Shown one piece after another: positions 30,358 through 39,703 of a stretch of DNA of 64,000 bases. The position numbers and the translations under genes are program-made. Under the pieces are notes generated by a model that had not been told where the DNA came from, did no database searches, and saw nothing but the letters and a program-made list of their open reading frames with translations. Every line of letters begins with the position of its first letter. The first letter of the stretch is position 1. Source of the DNA: Candidatus Latescibacterota bacterium (GTDB lineage: Bacteria > Latescibacterota > UBA2968 > UBA8231); NCBI GenBank assembly GCA_965242865.1, contig CBDETK010000013.1, positions 1,824,001 through 1,888,000 of the forward strand, read 5' to 3'.

Positions 30358-30526
30358 GGGGACTCCTGCGAGGTTTCGGGGGCGTTGGCCGAGGCTTACG
30401 CGGATGAGTTTAGTGGGAGAAAGCGCCGGTGTAAAGCCGCTTGACAGCGCGGGACGAAGCGGGCTTATTGCGCTAGGCCAGCGTCCCACCCCGTGGAAAT
30501 TGGGATATTGAGAAGAGGGTAGCACC

Positions 30527-30976
30527 ATGCGCTGCATCGCGGAAATCGCTCTGTGGGGCGCGGTTCTGTTGGAGGCGGCCGGTTGCACACCCGCCCTGCC
30601 TCCAGAGCCGTTGCGCATCCAAATCACCGGGGAAGAGTACACTTGGCAATTTCGCTACCCCGGCCCCGACGGCGCATTGCAGACCGACGACGATGTAATC
30701 AAGCCGGGCAAGGAATTGCACCTGCCGCTCGACCTAGCGATTGAACTCGAACTGACCAGTCGAGATTACATCTACACCTTCGCCCTGCCCCATCTCAACT
30801 TACATCAGGTGGCCGTGCCCGATTTGACCTTTGCGCTGGCCTTTACCCCGCGAGAAGCGGGCGCATTCTCCTTTGTCGGCGACCAAATGTGCGGCTTTGA
30901 ACACGAGTCGCTCAACGGCCGCGTGGTGATCGAGCCGCCAGCAGCTTTTGTCGATTGGCTGGCCGGGCCGCGATAG
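30527..30976 (+). CDS. Stand-alone cytochrome c oxidase subunit II-like cupredoxin-domain protein
   Basis: AAGC lipobox-like signal; ITGEEYTWQFRYPG, ELHLP, LTSRD, MCGFEH. Confidence 0.75.
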   Translation: MRCIAEIALWGAVLLEAAGCTPALPPEPLRIQITGEEYTWQFRYPGPDGALQTDDDVIKPGKELHLPLDLAIELELTSRDYIYTFALPHLNLHQVAVPDLTFALAFTPREAGAFSFVGDQMCGFEHESLNGRVVIEPPAAFVDWLAGPR

Positions 30977-30983
30977 ACTTGGG

Positions 30984-33761
30984 TTAGGCGTGTCGCGCTA
31001 GGACATCCTCGACATCGCCGGGGTCGTTTGACACGTCCCAAGACCAGCGGCCAAAGCTACCGTGTGCGTTGACGGCCTCCACCCACTGGCCGAGGAAACG
31101 GCGCTTGGTCCGCTCCTGCTCGCTATCTTGGCCCTTGGTCTCCAAAATCAAATGCTTCCCCGACTTGAAGCGGATGAGAAAGTCGGGGAAATAGCGCTTC
31201 ACGACGCCGTGGTACAGGTATTGCACCTTAAAGGCGAGATGGTCGTTTTTGGCCCAAGCGGCGACTTGGGGGTTGTGGTCCAGTGCAAAGGCTTCGGATG
31301 CTTCCCAAGCACTGTCGCAAACGCAGAAGTTGATGTGACTGTGGGCCGCGTGTTCACAAGGCTTGCTCGTGTACCAAGTCGCCATATCGCCAGTTGAGCA
31401 GATCGGGCGATCCCGGTCGAAGACCGGCACCAAGGTCTCGGTATTCTCAAAGCGGATCGCCTCCCATATATGTTGCACCACTTTGGTCATGTTGAGCGCG
31501 ATGATGAGGCGGCGACGGAGAGCGTCCTGCTCAAACAAGGACGGAGTAATGCGGATTTTGTCCGAGCAGACAAACTGCTCAACCAATAGAACGAGTTGGG
31601 CCAGTAAGTGCTCCCGGCTTCCCTTCCAATCCGTTTGCATCTGATCATACACCAACCGGGCCGTCTCAAAGGCGATGCGCTGTACGCGGTCAGTACGGCC
31701 CCGTTTCTCCAAGTCAATGCGGTCAATCTGTGAGACATTGGGTCTGCCCTCCACCATCGGGGCCAACTCGGCGAGGCGAGCCGTCTGACTAGCGTTCAAC
31801 TCCAGCGGTTCCACTGCGTCCCCGTCGAGCAATAGGCGCGGGCGGTACATATAGTCGATGCGGACGACATTGGGCCAGCGAATTTCAAAGCCAGCCTTGT
31901 CCACGACCGGCTCAATGGCGGTCTTGGGCTTGGGAGGGGGCGGAATGACGCCTTCTTGGGATTCGTGCGGCAGGAAGGTGAACGGCACGCCGAAGATATT
32001 GACGTATTCCGGCTCAAACAGGCCGGTCTCTGGGTTGACCTCATAAGATGTGCGCCGCAGACCACGCCCGACCACTTGCTCGCACAGCAACTGACTGGTA
32101 AACGCCCGCAAACCCATAATGTGGGTGACGGTCTTAGCGTCCCAGCCCTCAGACAGCATCCCTACGGAAATCACCTTCTGTATCGGCCCCCCGGGTTTGC
32201 CGATCTGCCCCACTGTGTCCACCTGTCGGCGCAGCCACTCGGCCTGCTGCTTTTTATTTCGCGCCGGCACCGGGTTGTCGTCCTCGTCCCCATTCACAGA
32301 GACGAGCGGCGTCTCGGTCGCCTCGGCTGCACTAAGCACCTTAGAGTCAATGTGTAGGATGCGCTCTGGATCGCACAGGGCTTCAATGTGCATCCTGTTG
32401 TGGTCAAAGGCGTATTTTACCCGCGCCGCAGTTTCGGTGCGGTTGGCGACCGTAATCATCACCGGCCGCGCCTCGATTCCTTTCTCCTCCCATGCGCTGG
32501 CGGTCTCCTGCCAGTCGTAGCCGAGCAGGTGGTAGCCGTTGATCACCAAATCCGGCAGCGGCTCTTCGGGCCTAGCCTTACGGCTTAGATCGTTTTTGAC
32601 CTCGGAGTCGTTGTAGATGTGATAGAGGCGAGATTTATAGGTGTGGGCGTCTGGCACCGCGTCATCGCGGACCACTACCCGGGGCGTCTTCACAAGACCG
32701 GACTCAATCGCGTCGTTGAGGCCGAAATCACTGACGATCCAGCGAAACAAGGTCTCCTCTGCACTCTTATTGCCCGACGGCACAAAGGGCGTGGCGGAAA
32801 AGTCATAGCAGGTGAGGATGCGCCGCGCCCGATGAATCCGGTCCAGCCCGCCGACCCATTTGGTGGCTTCCTCAATCGCGTCCTTGCTCACCCCTCGGAT
32901 CTTAGACTCACAGGGTACGCGCCAAGCGTGATGCGCCTCGTCATTGACGACGAGCAGGTTGCGGGCGCGAGCCATTTCGCCCAGCACTTCGCGGACATAA
33001 GCTTCGTCGCTTTTGGCGCCGCGCTTATCGACGCTGCGCTTTTGGGCGACCTTCTCGGCGGTCTCCCAATTGAGCGCGTGCCAATTGCGGACGAGGACCT
33101 TGCCCTGCCGTAGCTTGTCGAGCAGGGACGACGGCACAATATCGAACGCCTTGTAGTAGTTGTCCGGGTGGGATGGCTCCAAGACGGCCAAGCGGTTTTT
33201 AACCGTGAGGCCGGGGGCAATCACCAGCGCGTTTTTGGCAAATCGGGTGTCTTGCGGGCAGGCGACCTTGTTGAGGATGTGCCACGCGATGGCCATGGCC
33301 ATGACGATGGTCTTGCCCGCGCCCGTCGCCATTTTGGCGCACCACCGCTGGAACGGCCCGCCATCGGGAGGGATGTCGAGGCCGACCTTGTCGGCGGCGG
33401 GTGCTTCGGTGAGATAGATAAGCGTTTCAGCGGCCTCTAGCTGACAAAAGAAAAGCCGTCGCTCATCGGCTTCTTCCCGTTCTGTCCAATGCGCGAGCAA
33501 ACGCCGGGTGATGCTGGTAGCACCTGGATACCCGCCCTCGCGCCATGCCTTGACGCGGGGACGGATTTGGTTGACCAGCGGTATTTCGACGAAATCACCG
33601 GGAGCGTCAAAGTCTTGGGAGTCTTGCGAGGCGATGAGATAGCCAGCGCGGCGGCGGCCCTCCACGAGCGAAAACGCTCGATGCTCGCGGTTGTAGCTCC
33701 AGTATCGGGTCGGTTCCTCGTAGGGCGAGTTGACGATGAGGCTCGTGGGCTTTTTAGGCAT
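30984..33761 (-). CDS. Type III restriction enzyme Res subunit (SF2 helicase plus nuclease)
   Basis: KMATGAGKT, VNDEAHH, FSATP, MLSEGWD, EQVVGRGLR, YFPDF...LETKG. Confidence 0.92.
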   Translation of the reverse strand: MPKKPTSLIVNSPYEEPTRYWSYNREHRAFSLVEGRRRAGYLIASQDSQDFDAPGDFVEIPLVNQIRPRVKAWREGGYPGATSITRRLLAHWTEREEADERRLFFCQLEAAETLIYLTEAPAADKVGLDIPPDGGPFQRWCAKMATGAGKTIVMAMAIAWHILNKVACPQDTRFAKNALVIAPGLTVKNRLAVLEPSHPDNYYKAFDIVPSSLLDKLRQGKVLVRNWHALNWETAEKVAQKRSVDKRGAKSDEAYVREVLGEMARARNLLVVNDEAHHAWRVPCESKIRGVSKDAIEEATKWVGGLDRIHRARRILTCYDFSATPFVPSGNKSAEETLFRWIVSDFGLNDAIESGLVKTPRVVVRDDAVPDAHTYKSRLYHIYNDSEVKNDLSRKARPEEPLPDLVINGYHLLGYDWQETASAWEEKGIEARPVMITVANRTETAARVKYAFDHNRMHIEALCDPERILHIDSKVLSAAEATETPLVSVNGDEDDNPVPARNKKQQAEWLRRQVDTVGQIGKPGGPIQKVISVGMLSEGWDAKTVTHIMGLRAFTSQLLCEQVVGRGLRRTSYEVNPETGLFEPEYVNIFGVPFTFLPHESQEGVIPPPPKPKTAIEPVVDKAGFEIRWPNVVRIDYMYRPRLLLDGDAVEPLELNASQTARLAELAPMVEGRPNVSQIDRIDLEKRGRTDRVQRIAFETARLVYDQMQTDWKGSREHLLAQLVLLVEQFVCSDKIRITPSLFEQDALRRRLIIALNMTKVVQHIWEAIRFENTETLVPVFDRDRPICSTGDMATWYTSKPCEHAAHSHINFCVCDSAWEASEAFALDHNPQVAAWAKNDHLAFKVQYLYHGVVKRYFPDFLIRFKSGKHLILETKGQDSEQERTKRRFLGQWVEAVNAHGSFGRWSWDVSNDPGDVEDVLARHA

Positions 33762-34299
33762 GGTGCTCTACGCGGGCTGCGGCTTCAGTTGAACTTAGAA
33801 TCTCGGATTTTTTATTGGGGCGGTGTCGGCGCGTGTTTCGCAACAGGGTTTTTCGACGCTCTGATCTCTCTCTTGGGTCGCCTTCGATTATGTGCCTTCT
33901 GTCGTTTGTTATGAGAATTCGGTCGCTCTTAAACGCCGCATAGACAATAATCCTGTCAACCGCTTCGTTTTCTGTAATGACTCCTTTGATGGCCGTCATC
34001 AACGGATCATTATTGGATACACTGACTCTCTTTCTATTCCCGATCTGAAATACGATCCAAGATCGAAGTAATAGCAATTGTTGTATGTTTTTATCCGCAG
34101 TATTTCTAAGCATAGGTTCGATTCTATTTTTGTATTCATTTTCAATTCTTTTTTTATCGTCAACGATTAAACCAACTCTATCTTTCGTCAAAGTTACCAA
34201 CAGCGTATCTATATGATTGTTGGTGTTCTCTTGCGGATTTAGCAGATGCTCAAATACATTCGTATCAATAGCAATATAATCGCAGGTGAGTTTATTCAT
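33754..34299 (-). CDS. PIN-domain-like nuclease
   Basis: IAIDTNV, ENEY, AVDRII and LITND supply the four acidic positions typical of PIN domains; AT-rich. Confidence 0.7.
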   Translation of the reverse strand: MNKLTCDYIAIDTNVFEHLLNPQENTNNHIDTLLVTLTKDRVGLIVDDKKRIENEYKNRIEPMLRNTADKNIQQLLLLRSWIVFQIGNRKRVSVSNNDPLMTAIKGVITENEAVDRIIVYAAFKSDRILITNDRRHIIEGDPRERSERRKTLLRNTRRHRPNKKSEILSSTEAAARVEHHA

Positions 34300-35651
34300 G
34301 TTCTGGCTCCGAGTTCCAAGCCTTCGATTATGTCGGCACCGAAAAACTCCATCGGCAATCCTTCCTGCATGGCCCCATCGGAATCAATATCCAGATTTTT
34401 TACGATCGGCTTTCCCTCCTCATTGTCAAAAAAAGCAACCGAGACATCTTCTAGTTTGAGGTCGCCTTTGGCAATGAGACGGCGGAGTCTCAATAGTATA
34501 TTTCCGCTATGGGTTTCAATTATTGACCCAACCTTGCGTCTTTTCCATAGATCGGCGAAGTAGCTACCCATCTCCAACTGCGACGTGGGATGCAACTGAG
34601 CTTCAGGCTCTTCGACCATCATTTGCGTGTACGGCTCCATAAGAACGCCCTGCACGAGGACGGGAATGACTTGACTTACTCCAAAGCCAAACTCTGACAG
34701 GTACGAACGAGCCTTGGTTTTGCTATTGGTCGCCAAAGCCGTTACGTGACTCAAAGCTCCAAGAGTCTGCCCTTTGAACTCAAGGCTTTCCACATCGACG
34801 AGCGACTCTAAATACATGGACAAGATATCAGATCGACGGTCGGGCTTTTCCATTAGTCTGTGAAGATGGGGAATTGCGTACTCTCCATTTTGTCCCACAG
34901 AATCATCTGGAGGCGTTGCCAACTCAACGACTCGGCGGAACGAGACGCGGGTTGGTGAAATATGTTTTATACTTGCTATTTCCTCTACGAGTGCTAAAAA
35001 GTAGATGTGCATACCTAGATTCTTACGCATTTCTGAAGCTATTTTGTAAGGATCTTTCTTACGAAGTAATCTTTCTTTATCAAACATTTTATCGACTCTA
35101 GTAATCTCATTTATGAACGACAAGGAGGTTTTTCTAATTTTCTCTTTTCGTTCATCTTGGAACCCTCCATTGCTTTTTACCTCTATTCTCAGGTCTCCCA
35201 TCCTTACTTTGTTGTAAGGAACACTAGCCGTAACTGTAAAATCCGCTTGTGGCTCTGGACGAATCTCAGTCCGTTGATCCGGTTTAGGCCCTCTCTCTGC
35301 TCCGTCAGTGTGCGCCCTTTTCTCTATCCTTTCTGGCGTTGCTTCGATTGGTTTCGATAGCTTATCTATCGGCAGCTTAGAGGTATGAATATCCAGTTCA
35401 AAGTGCAGAAATTTCTTTTCGCTTACAGAATTTTTCAAGCTCTTGAAGGATCCCAGCTTAACCCGTTCCCCTTCGGGGTTTAGAAATTCCGCAGCAGAAT
35501 CATTCCTCGACTGCTGGAGCATCAGCAAGAAGTTAATGACCGACGATTTCCCTGCGTTGTTTCGTCCGATCAAAACCGTAATGGGACGAAAGCGCACGGT
35601 AACTTCGTCGTCAAATAGCCGAAAATTGGACAGCTTCAGTTCTCTTATCAT
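34296..35651 (-). CDS. ABC-type (AAA_15/AAA_21-like) ATPase with DUF3696-like C-terminus
   Basis: LSNFRLF, Walker A GRNNAGKS, signature GFGVSQ, Walker B VEEPEAQLHP, H-loop IETHS, C-terminal DSDG...PMEFF. Confidence 0.88.
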   Translation of the reverse strand: MIRELKLSNFRLFDDEVTVRFRPITVLIGRNNAGKSSVINFLLMLQQSRNDSAAEFLNPEGERVKLGSFKSLKNSVSEKKFLHFELDIHTSKLPIDKLSKPIEATPERIEKRAHTDGAERGPKPDQRTEIRPEPQADFTVTASVPYNKVRMGDLRIEVKSNGGFQDERKEKIRKTSLSFINEITRVDKMFDKERLLRKKDPYKIASEMRKNLGMHIYFLALVEEIASIKHISPTRVSFRRVVELATPPDDSVGQNGEYAIPHLHRLMEKPDRRSDILSMYLESLVDVESLEFKGQTLGALSHVTALATNSKTKARSYLSEFGFGVSQVIPVLVQGVLMEPYTQMMVEEPEAQLHPTSQLEMGSYFADLWKRRKVGSIIETHSGNILLRLRRLIAKGDLKLEDVSVAFFDNEEGKPIVKNLDIDSDGAMQEGLPMEFFGADIIEGLELGART

Positions 35652-38278
35652 TGCATTTCTCGCGGTATAACTTCAATGACCTTCAGGCTCTCAATGCCCC
35701 TGTCATCTACGATCTTGACGGCGATCCGTCTGTGTTCCCCGAGTTCAAACGGCAGGGACATAGTCCCCCGGTAGGCTTCGATTAGTTCCTCGTCGATCTC
35801 GGCTTTTAGATTTCTCGCCAATTTTGCCCAGCCGCCTTTGGCATCGGTCATGGGGAAGAACACTTGGCGCGGGAACAGGCTGCGCCCGTCGTAATCAGTG
35901 TCGAGCATCCACACGGCAATTTGGTCCTCGCCACCGGATTCTACATTGCCATTCTTGGTATTGTAGTAATCAAAGCCGTGGACGATCACTTCCCACTTGC
36001 CAGCGTCCGGCCCCCGGTGTATCCGCCCGATCTCCACATCGGGCTGGCCGATGAGCCAGAAACTCTCGTTGCTGGCCCGCTGCTTTTTGAGATCGTCAGT
36101 GAGCAAATCCGCATTCATCTGCGCCTTGAGCAGGGTTACGCCAGGCCAGCGGGTTTCGTCGATGTCCTTGGACGCCTCCGGGTCAAACTGGAAAGCCGCA
36201 AAGACTATGATCGTAGGACGGGGGACGAGAGTCTGCGCTTCTTCAATGGCCTGTGCCACTTGGCGTTGTTCGAGCGGCGCGTGTTCCGGCCCAAAAGAAA
36301 CCGCGACGCGCTCCGGCTTATAGGCTGTTCCTCCTTCTTGGACTCGTTCCGCTCCGGCATCGTCGGGCCGAGTCTCGCCCTCAACGTGCAACCACCGCGT
36401 ACCCGGCAGCGGCTCCAGCCGCGCAAAGGAGATACGCTGCCCGGCCTTGCCGCGAATACCTGTCTTCATCAACTCGTCGCGCCAGTCGCCTTGGCGCTGC
36501 GTTTCACCCGACCGCCCGATGGATTCGTCGGCGGGCAACGGGGCGGCCTCCTGCGCGGCAATTTCGTCAATGGATTTAACGGCAGGAGCAGGCACGGCCT
36601 CAACAGTAAACGGGCCGGTGACGCGCATTCTCCTTTTATCTACCTGCGGCTGGTCGTAGAGGGTTTCCGGCGGCGCGTGGCGGTCAATGGCCGCGTCGAT
36701 TTGCGCCCGCGTCATACCCTCTTTGATGTCCGGGTTGTTGGCGATGGACCTGAGCGTGATGTGGGGTACGGTCTTGTACTTGAAGCCGGTGCCGACGCCT
36801 TCTTGCGGACGCGCCAATTCGTAATAGTCGTAGAGCGCGGTCATCAAACGCTGTTTGGCGAGGGTGAGGGCGACGCGAGAGGTATCGCAGGTGATCCAGC
36901 GTCGGCCCCATTGCTCGGCGACGTAAGCGGTGGTGCCGCTGCCACATGTTGGGTCGAAGACGAGGTCGCCCGGGTCGGTGGTCATTAGGAGGCAGCGTTG
37001 GAGGGGCCGAACGGATGTCTGTACGCTGTACAACTTGTTGATCTCTGGCCCTGTGTCCATCCAGACCGCTGTTAGTTCCTGCATTGGAAAATCGTCGAAG
37101 TAGCGAATTGCTCGGAGTACAGTCTTTTCTTGAGTCAATCTGCCCGCATCGCCTAGACGCTTGAAACCATCTGCTGAATAACGCCAACTTCCAGCAGGGA
37201 TTGTCCATTTTTGACCGGCGAACTCGCGAGGCGTTTTTGGTCCCTCGCTCTTTGAGTGAAGTGGTGCGGTAATGAATGGACGAAGGTGCGAATCAATATT
37301 TTCGGGATTTGACCTTTCACTATCTGTCATTGGTCGACGCTGTTCATCTATTTCTTCAACCATGCGGAACAGAGCCGTATCTATTTCCGACTCGACGAAC
37401 AACCGATGAAATTTCATGCGCTCCTTGTCTTGTGCATACCAAAGAATATAGTCGCTGATGCGCCGGGGTGCCCGAACCTGGCTCATGCCACCTGTCGTTT
37501 TATACGTAATCAAACTCACAAAATTCTCCACCCCAAACACCTCGTCCATCAAACACCGCACCAGATGCACATTCTCGTCACTGATCTGCACAAAACACGA
37601 ACCGCTTTCCGCTAGCAACTCCCGCGCCAACAACAAGCGGTCGCGCAAATAACTCAGATACGAATGAATGCCCAACTCCCACGTATCGCGGAAGGCGCGT
37701 ATTTGCTCCGGCTCGGTAGTCAAATCGGCGTCCCTGCCGTCGCCCACAGTGCGCTTGTTGACAAAGGGCTGAAAATTGGACCCGTACTTAATCCCGTAAG
37801 GCGGGTCGATGTACACCATCTGCACCTGTCCGCCAAGCCCTTCCTTTTCCAGCAAGCTGTTCATCACCAACAGACTGTCGCCCGCAACCAGCCGATTGGT
37901 CCAATTGTGCCGATGCTTGTAGAACTCAATGGCTTGCCGGATCGGCGGATTCTCCTCGGGCGCGGCAAACAGCGATAACTGCGGCTCGGTGCCGTTATGC
38001 TTCCTGACCGCCTCGACAATGCTGCGCGGGTCAATCCGCTCGTGGACATGCAGCGACACCGTCGGCACCTCAAACGAGGTGTGCTCGGCCTTGCCGGCCC
38101 AATCGAGCTGCGGCTCCAAGTGTGGATCGTAGGCGTAGGTCTTCTCACTATCATCCTTGTCCGTATCCGGCGTAACCAAGCCGACCGGAGGATTGTTCAC
38201 GCGCTCCTTGTCCCGATGATCATAGGACTCAATCGGACGCTTAACGGGTGGTTTCTTTCTCGATGCCATATCAATCAA
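35648..38278 (-). CDS. Type III DNA methyltransferase Mod subunit
   Basis: GDSLLVM, YIDPPYG, motif I FDPTCGSGTT after the TRD (beta order). The start may be ATG at 38269. Confidence 0.92.
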   Translation of the reverse strand: MIDMASRKKPPVKRPIESYDHRDKERVNNPPVGLVTPDTDKDDSEKTYAYDPHLEPQLDWAGKAEHTSFEVPTVSLHVHERIDPRSIVEAVRKHNGTEPQLSLFAAPEENPPIRQAIEFYKHRHNWTNRLVAGDSLLVMNSLLEKEGLGGQVQMVYIDPPYGIKYGSNFQPFVNKRTVGDGRDADLTTEPEQIRAFRDTWELGIHSYLSYLRDRLLLARELLAESGSCFVQISDENVHLVRCLMDEVFGVENFVSLITYKTTGGMSQVRAPRRISDYILWYAQDKERMKFHRLFVESEIDTALFRMVEEIDEQRRPMTDSERSNPENIDSHLRPFITAPLHSKSEGPKTPREFAGQKWTIPAGSWRYSADGFKRLGDAGRLTQEKTVLRAIRYFDDFPMQELTAVWMDTGPEINKLYSVQTSVRPLQRCLLMTTDPGDLVFDPTCGSGTTAYVAEQWGRRWITCDTSRVALTLAKQRLMTALYDYYELARPQEGVGTGFKYKTVPHITLRSIANNPDIKEGMTRAQIDAAIDRHAPPETLYDQPQVDKRRMRVTGPFTVEAVPAPAVKSIDEIAAQEAAPLPADESIGRSGETQRQGDWRDELMKTGIRGKAGQRISFARLEPLPGTRWLHVEGETRPDDAGAERVQEGGTAYKPERVAVSFGPEHAPLEQRQVAQAIEEAQTLVPRPTIIVFAAFQFDPEASKDIDETRWPGVTLLKAQMNADLLTDDLKKQRASNESFWLIGQPDVEIGRIHRGPDAGKWEVIVHGFDYYNTKNGNVESGGEDQIAVWMLDTDYDGRSLFPRQVFFPMTDAKGGWAKLARNLKAEIDEELIEAYRGTMSLPFELGEHRRIAVKIVDDRGIESLKVIEVIPREMQ

Positions 38279-38372
38279 CTTACCTATTTCTTAAAGAGTA
38301 TTACAACCACACCATCTGTCTGATACGGACCGCAACGTCTAAACCTATCGGCAAGGGACGACACGAGGAATT

Positions 38373-38482
38373 TCAAGACCGCCGCAGCGCGTCAATGAGC
38401 TGTCGCGCATGAGTAGAGGCTTCCATCACCTTACTTGGGTCCAAGAGTCTCCACCGCCTTCGACATATACCCTGACGCTCAC
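38373..38482 (-). pseudogene. Internally deleted DUF4276-like (TOPRIM-like) gene
   Basis: GTG start overlapping the ATPase stop reads MSVRVYVEGGGD, joined out of frame to LLDPSKVMEASTHARQLIDALRRS*. These match my recollection of the two termini of DUF4276 proteins. Confidence 0.65.
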
Positions 38483-39696
38483 CAAGGGTTCCCCCCAATC
38501 TCGCCGCTGCTCCAGAGTTCACCGAGCCGGTAATCCTCCAACCAAGCGGCCATTTTCTCTTTATCGAGACGGCGCATCACAGTCTGCCCGTCGCGCTTTT
38601 CGCAAACCACGATACTCCACCATTCATTGGTCAGGGCATCGACGAGCAGATCCGAATGGGTCGTTACAAGCAACTGGCTGCGTTCGGACGCTTCGAGCAA
38701 CAGCCGGCTCACCGTCGGCAGTATGTCCGGGTGCAGGCCCAGTTCGGGTTCCTCAATACATATCAGGGGCAGCGGCTGTGGGTGGCAGAGAATGGCCAGC
38801 AAGCAGAGGTAACGCAGCGTACCGTCCGAAAGGCGGGTGGCCGGTATGACCATGTCGCCTTCCAGTAAGAACAATTGGACCGTGCTACCTTCAATGTTGA
38901 CGTAGAAATCGGTTATGCCCTCGTAGAATTTGCTTAAAGCGTCCAGCAGATGCCGCTTTACCGCTGGCTCGCCTTGGAACCTGTTTAACACCAAGGCTAA
39001 GTTTTTGCCGTCCTCTTGCAGGAAATCGTTGGGAAGGTCGGCCTTCTGTGGCAACCGCAGTGGGGAGTCTCGCCCAAGCGACCACTCGCGATAAATGCGA
39101 ATGCGGCTCAAGGTTTCGCCGAGGTACGTTAGTTCGGGGAGGTCGGGATCTTTGCGTTGGGACAGAATGGACTGGTCCAGTTTGACCTCTTCGGGCCGCA
39201 AGTCGTATTGGCCCAGCCTAAGACGAACATGAGGGTACTCCGCTTTTACGGTAGGCCCCAAGCCGGTCTCATCCCTGTAAGTGATAAACGCCTGCCCACC
39301 CTTCTGATTGTAATAGATATACGGCTCCGCATGTCCTTCATTACTCTGTTCGTTCTCTATCCGCTCTTCGGTCAATTCAAACCGCTGACCGCGCTCGGCA
39401 AAACCCAGCCGATAGCGCAACGCCTGCGGTCCTTGCGGGTTTTCCACAATGGCCTCAATGTGGGCCACTGAACCCTCCGGTTTTCCCCGCCAGATCCAAT
39501 CGTGGATGCCTCCGCCCGCACGAATAGGCGCGGGCAAATCTCGCGGTGCCGAGCGAAGGAGATCAATTCCCTCTAGCAGATTGGACTTCCCCGAACCATT
39601 GGGGCCGATCAGAACATTTAGCCGCTTGAGTTCGATCGCTTCAGAGTCCGGGCCGAATGAGAGAAGGTTGGTCTGTTTGATACGACGAATGAGCAT
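38479..39696 (-). CDS. AAA_21-like ABC ATPase (COG4637-type)
   Basis: Likely start MLIRRI at 39696; GPNGSGKSN, LSDGTLR, IEEPELGLHP, VTTHS, C-terminal LGELWSSGEIGG. Confidence 0.9.
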   Translation of the reverse strand: MLIRRIKQTNLLSFGPDSEAIELKRLNVLIGPNGSGKSNLLEGIDLLRSAPRDLPAPIRAGGGIHDWIWRGKPEGSVAHIEAIVENPQGPQALRYRLGFAERGQRFELTEERIENEQSNEGHAEPYIYYNQKGGQAFITYRDETGLGPTVKAEYPHVRLRLGQYDLRPEEVKLDQSILSQRKDPDLPELTYLGETLSRIRIYREWSLGRDSPLRLPQKADLPNDFLQEDGKNLALVLNRFQGEPAVKRHLLDALSKFYEGITDFYVNIEGSTVQLFLLEGDMVIPATRLSDGTLRYLCLLAILCHPQPLPLICIEEPELGLHPDILPTVSRLLLEASERSQLLVTTHSDLLVDALTNEWWSIVVCEKRDGQTVMRRLDKEKMAAWLEDYRLGELWSSGEIGGNPW

Positions 39697-39703
39697 ATTC
39701 CCC

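Noticed and set aside
30441-30470. Sigma70 promoter for the cupredoxin gene
   Set aside because: A perfect TTGACA is present, but there is no convincing -10 hexamer at 16-18 bp spacing.
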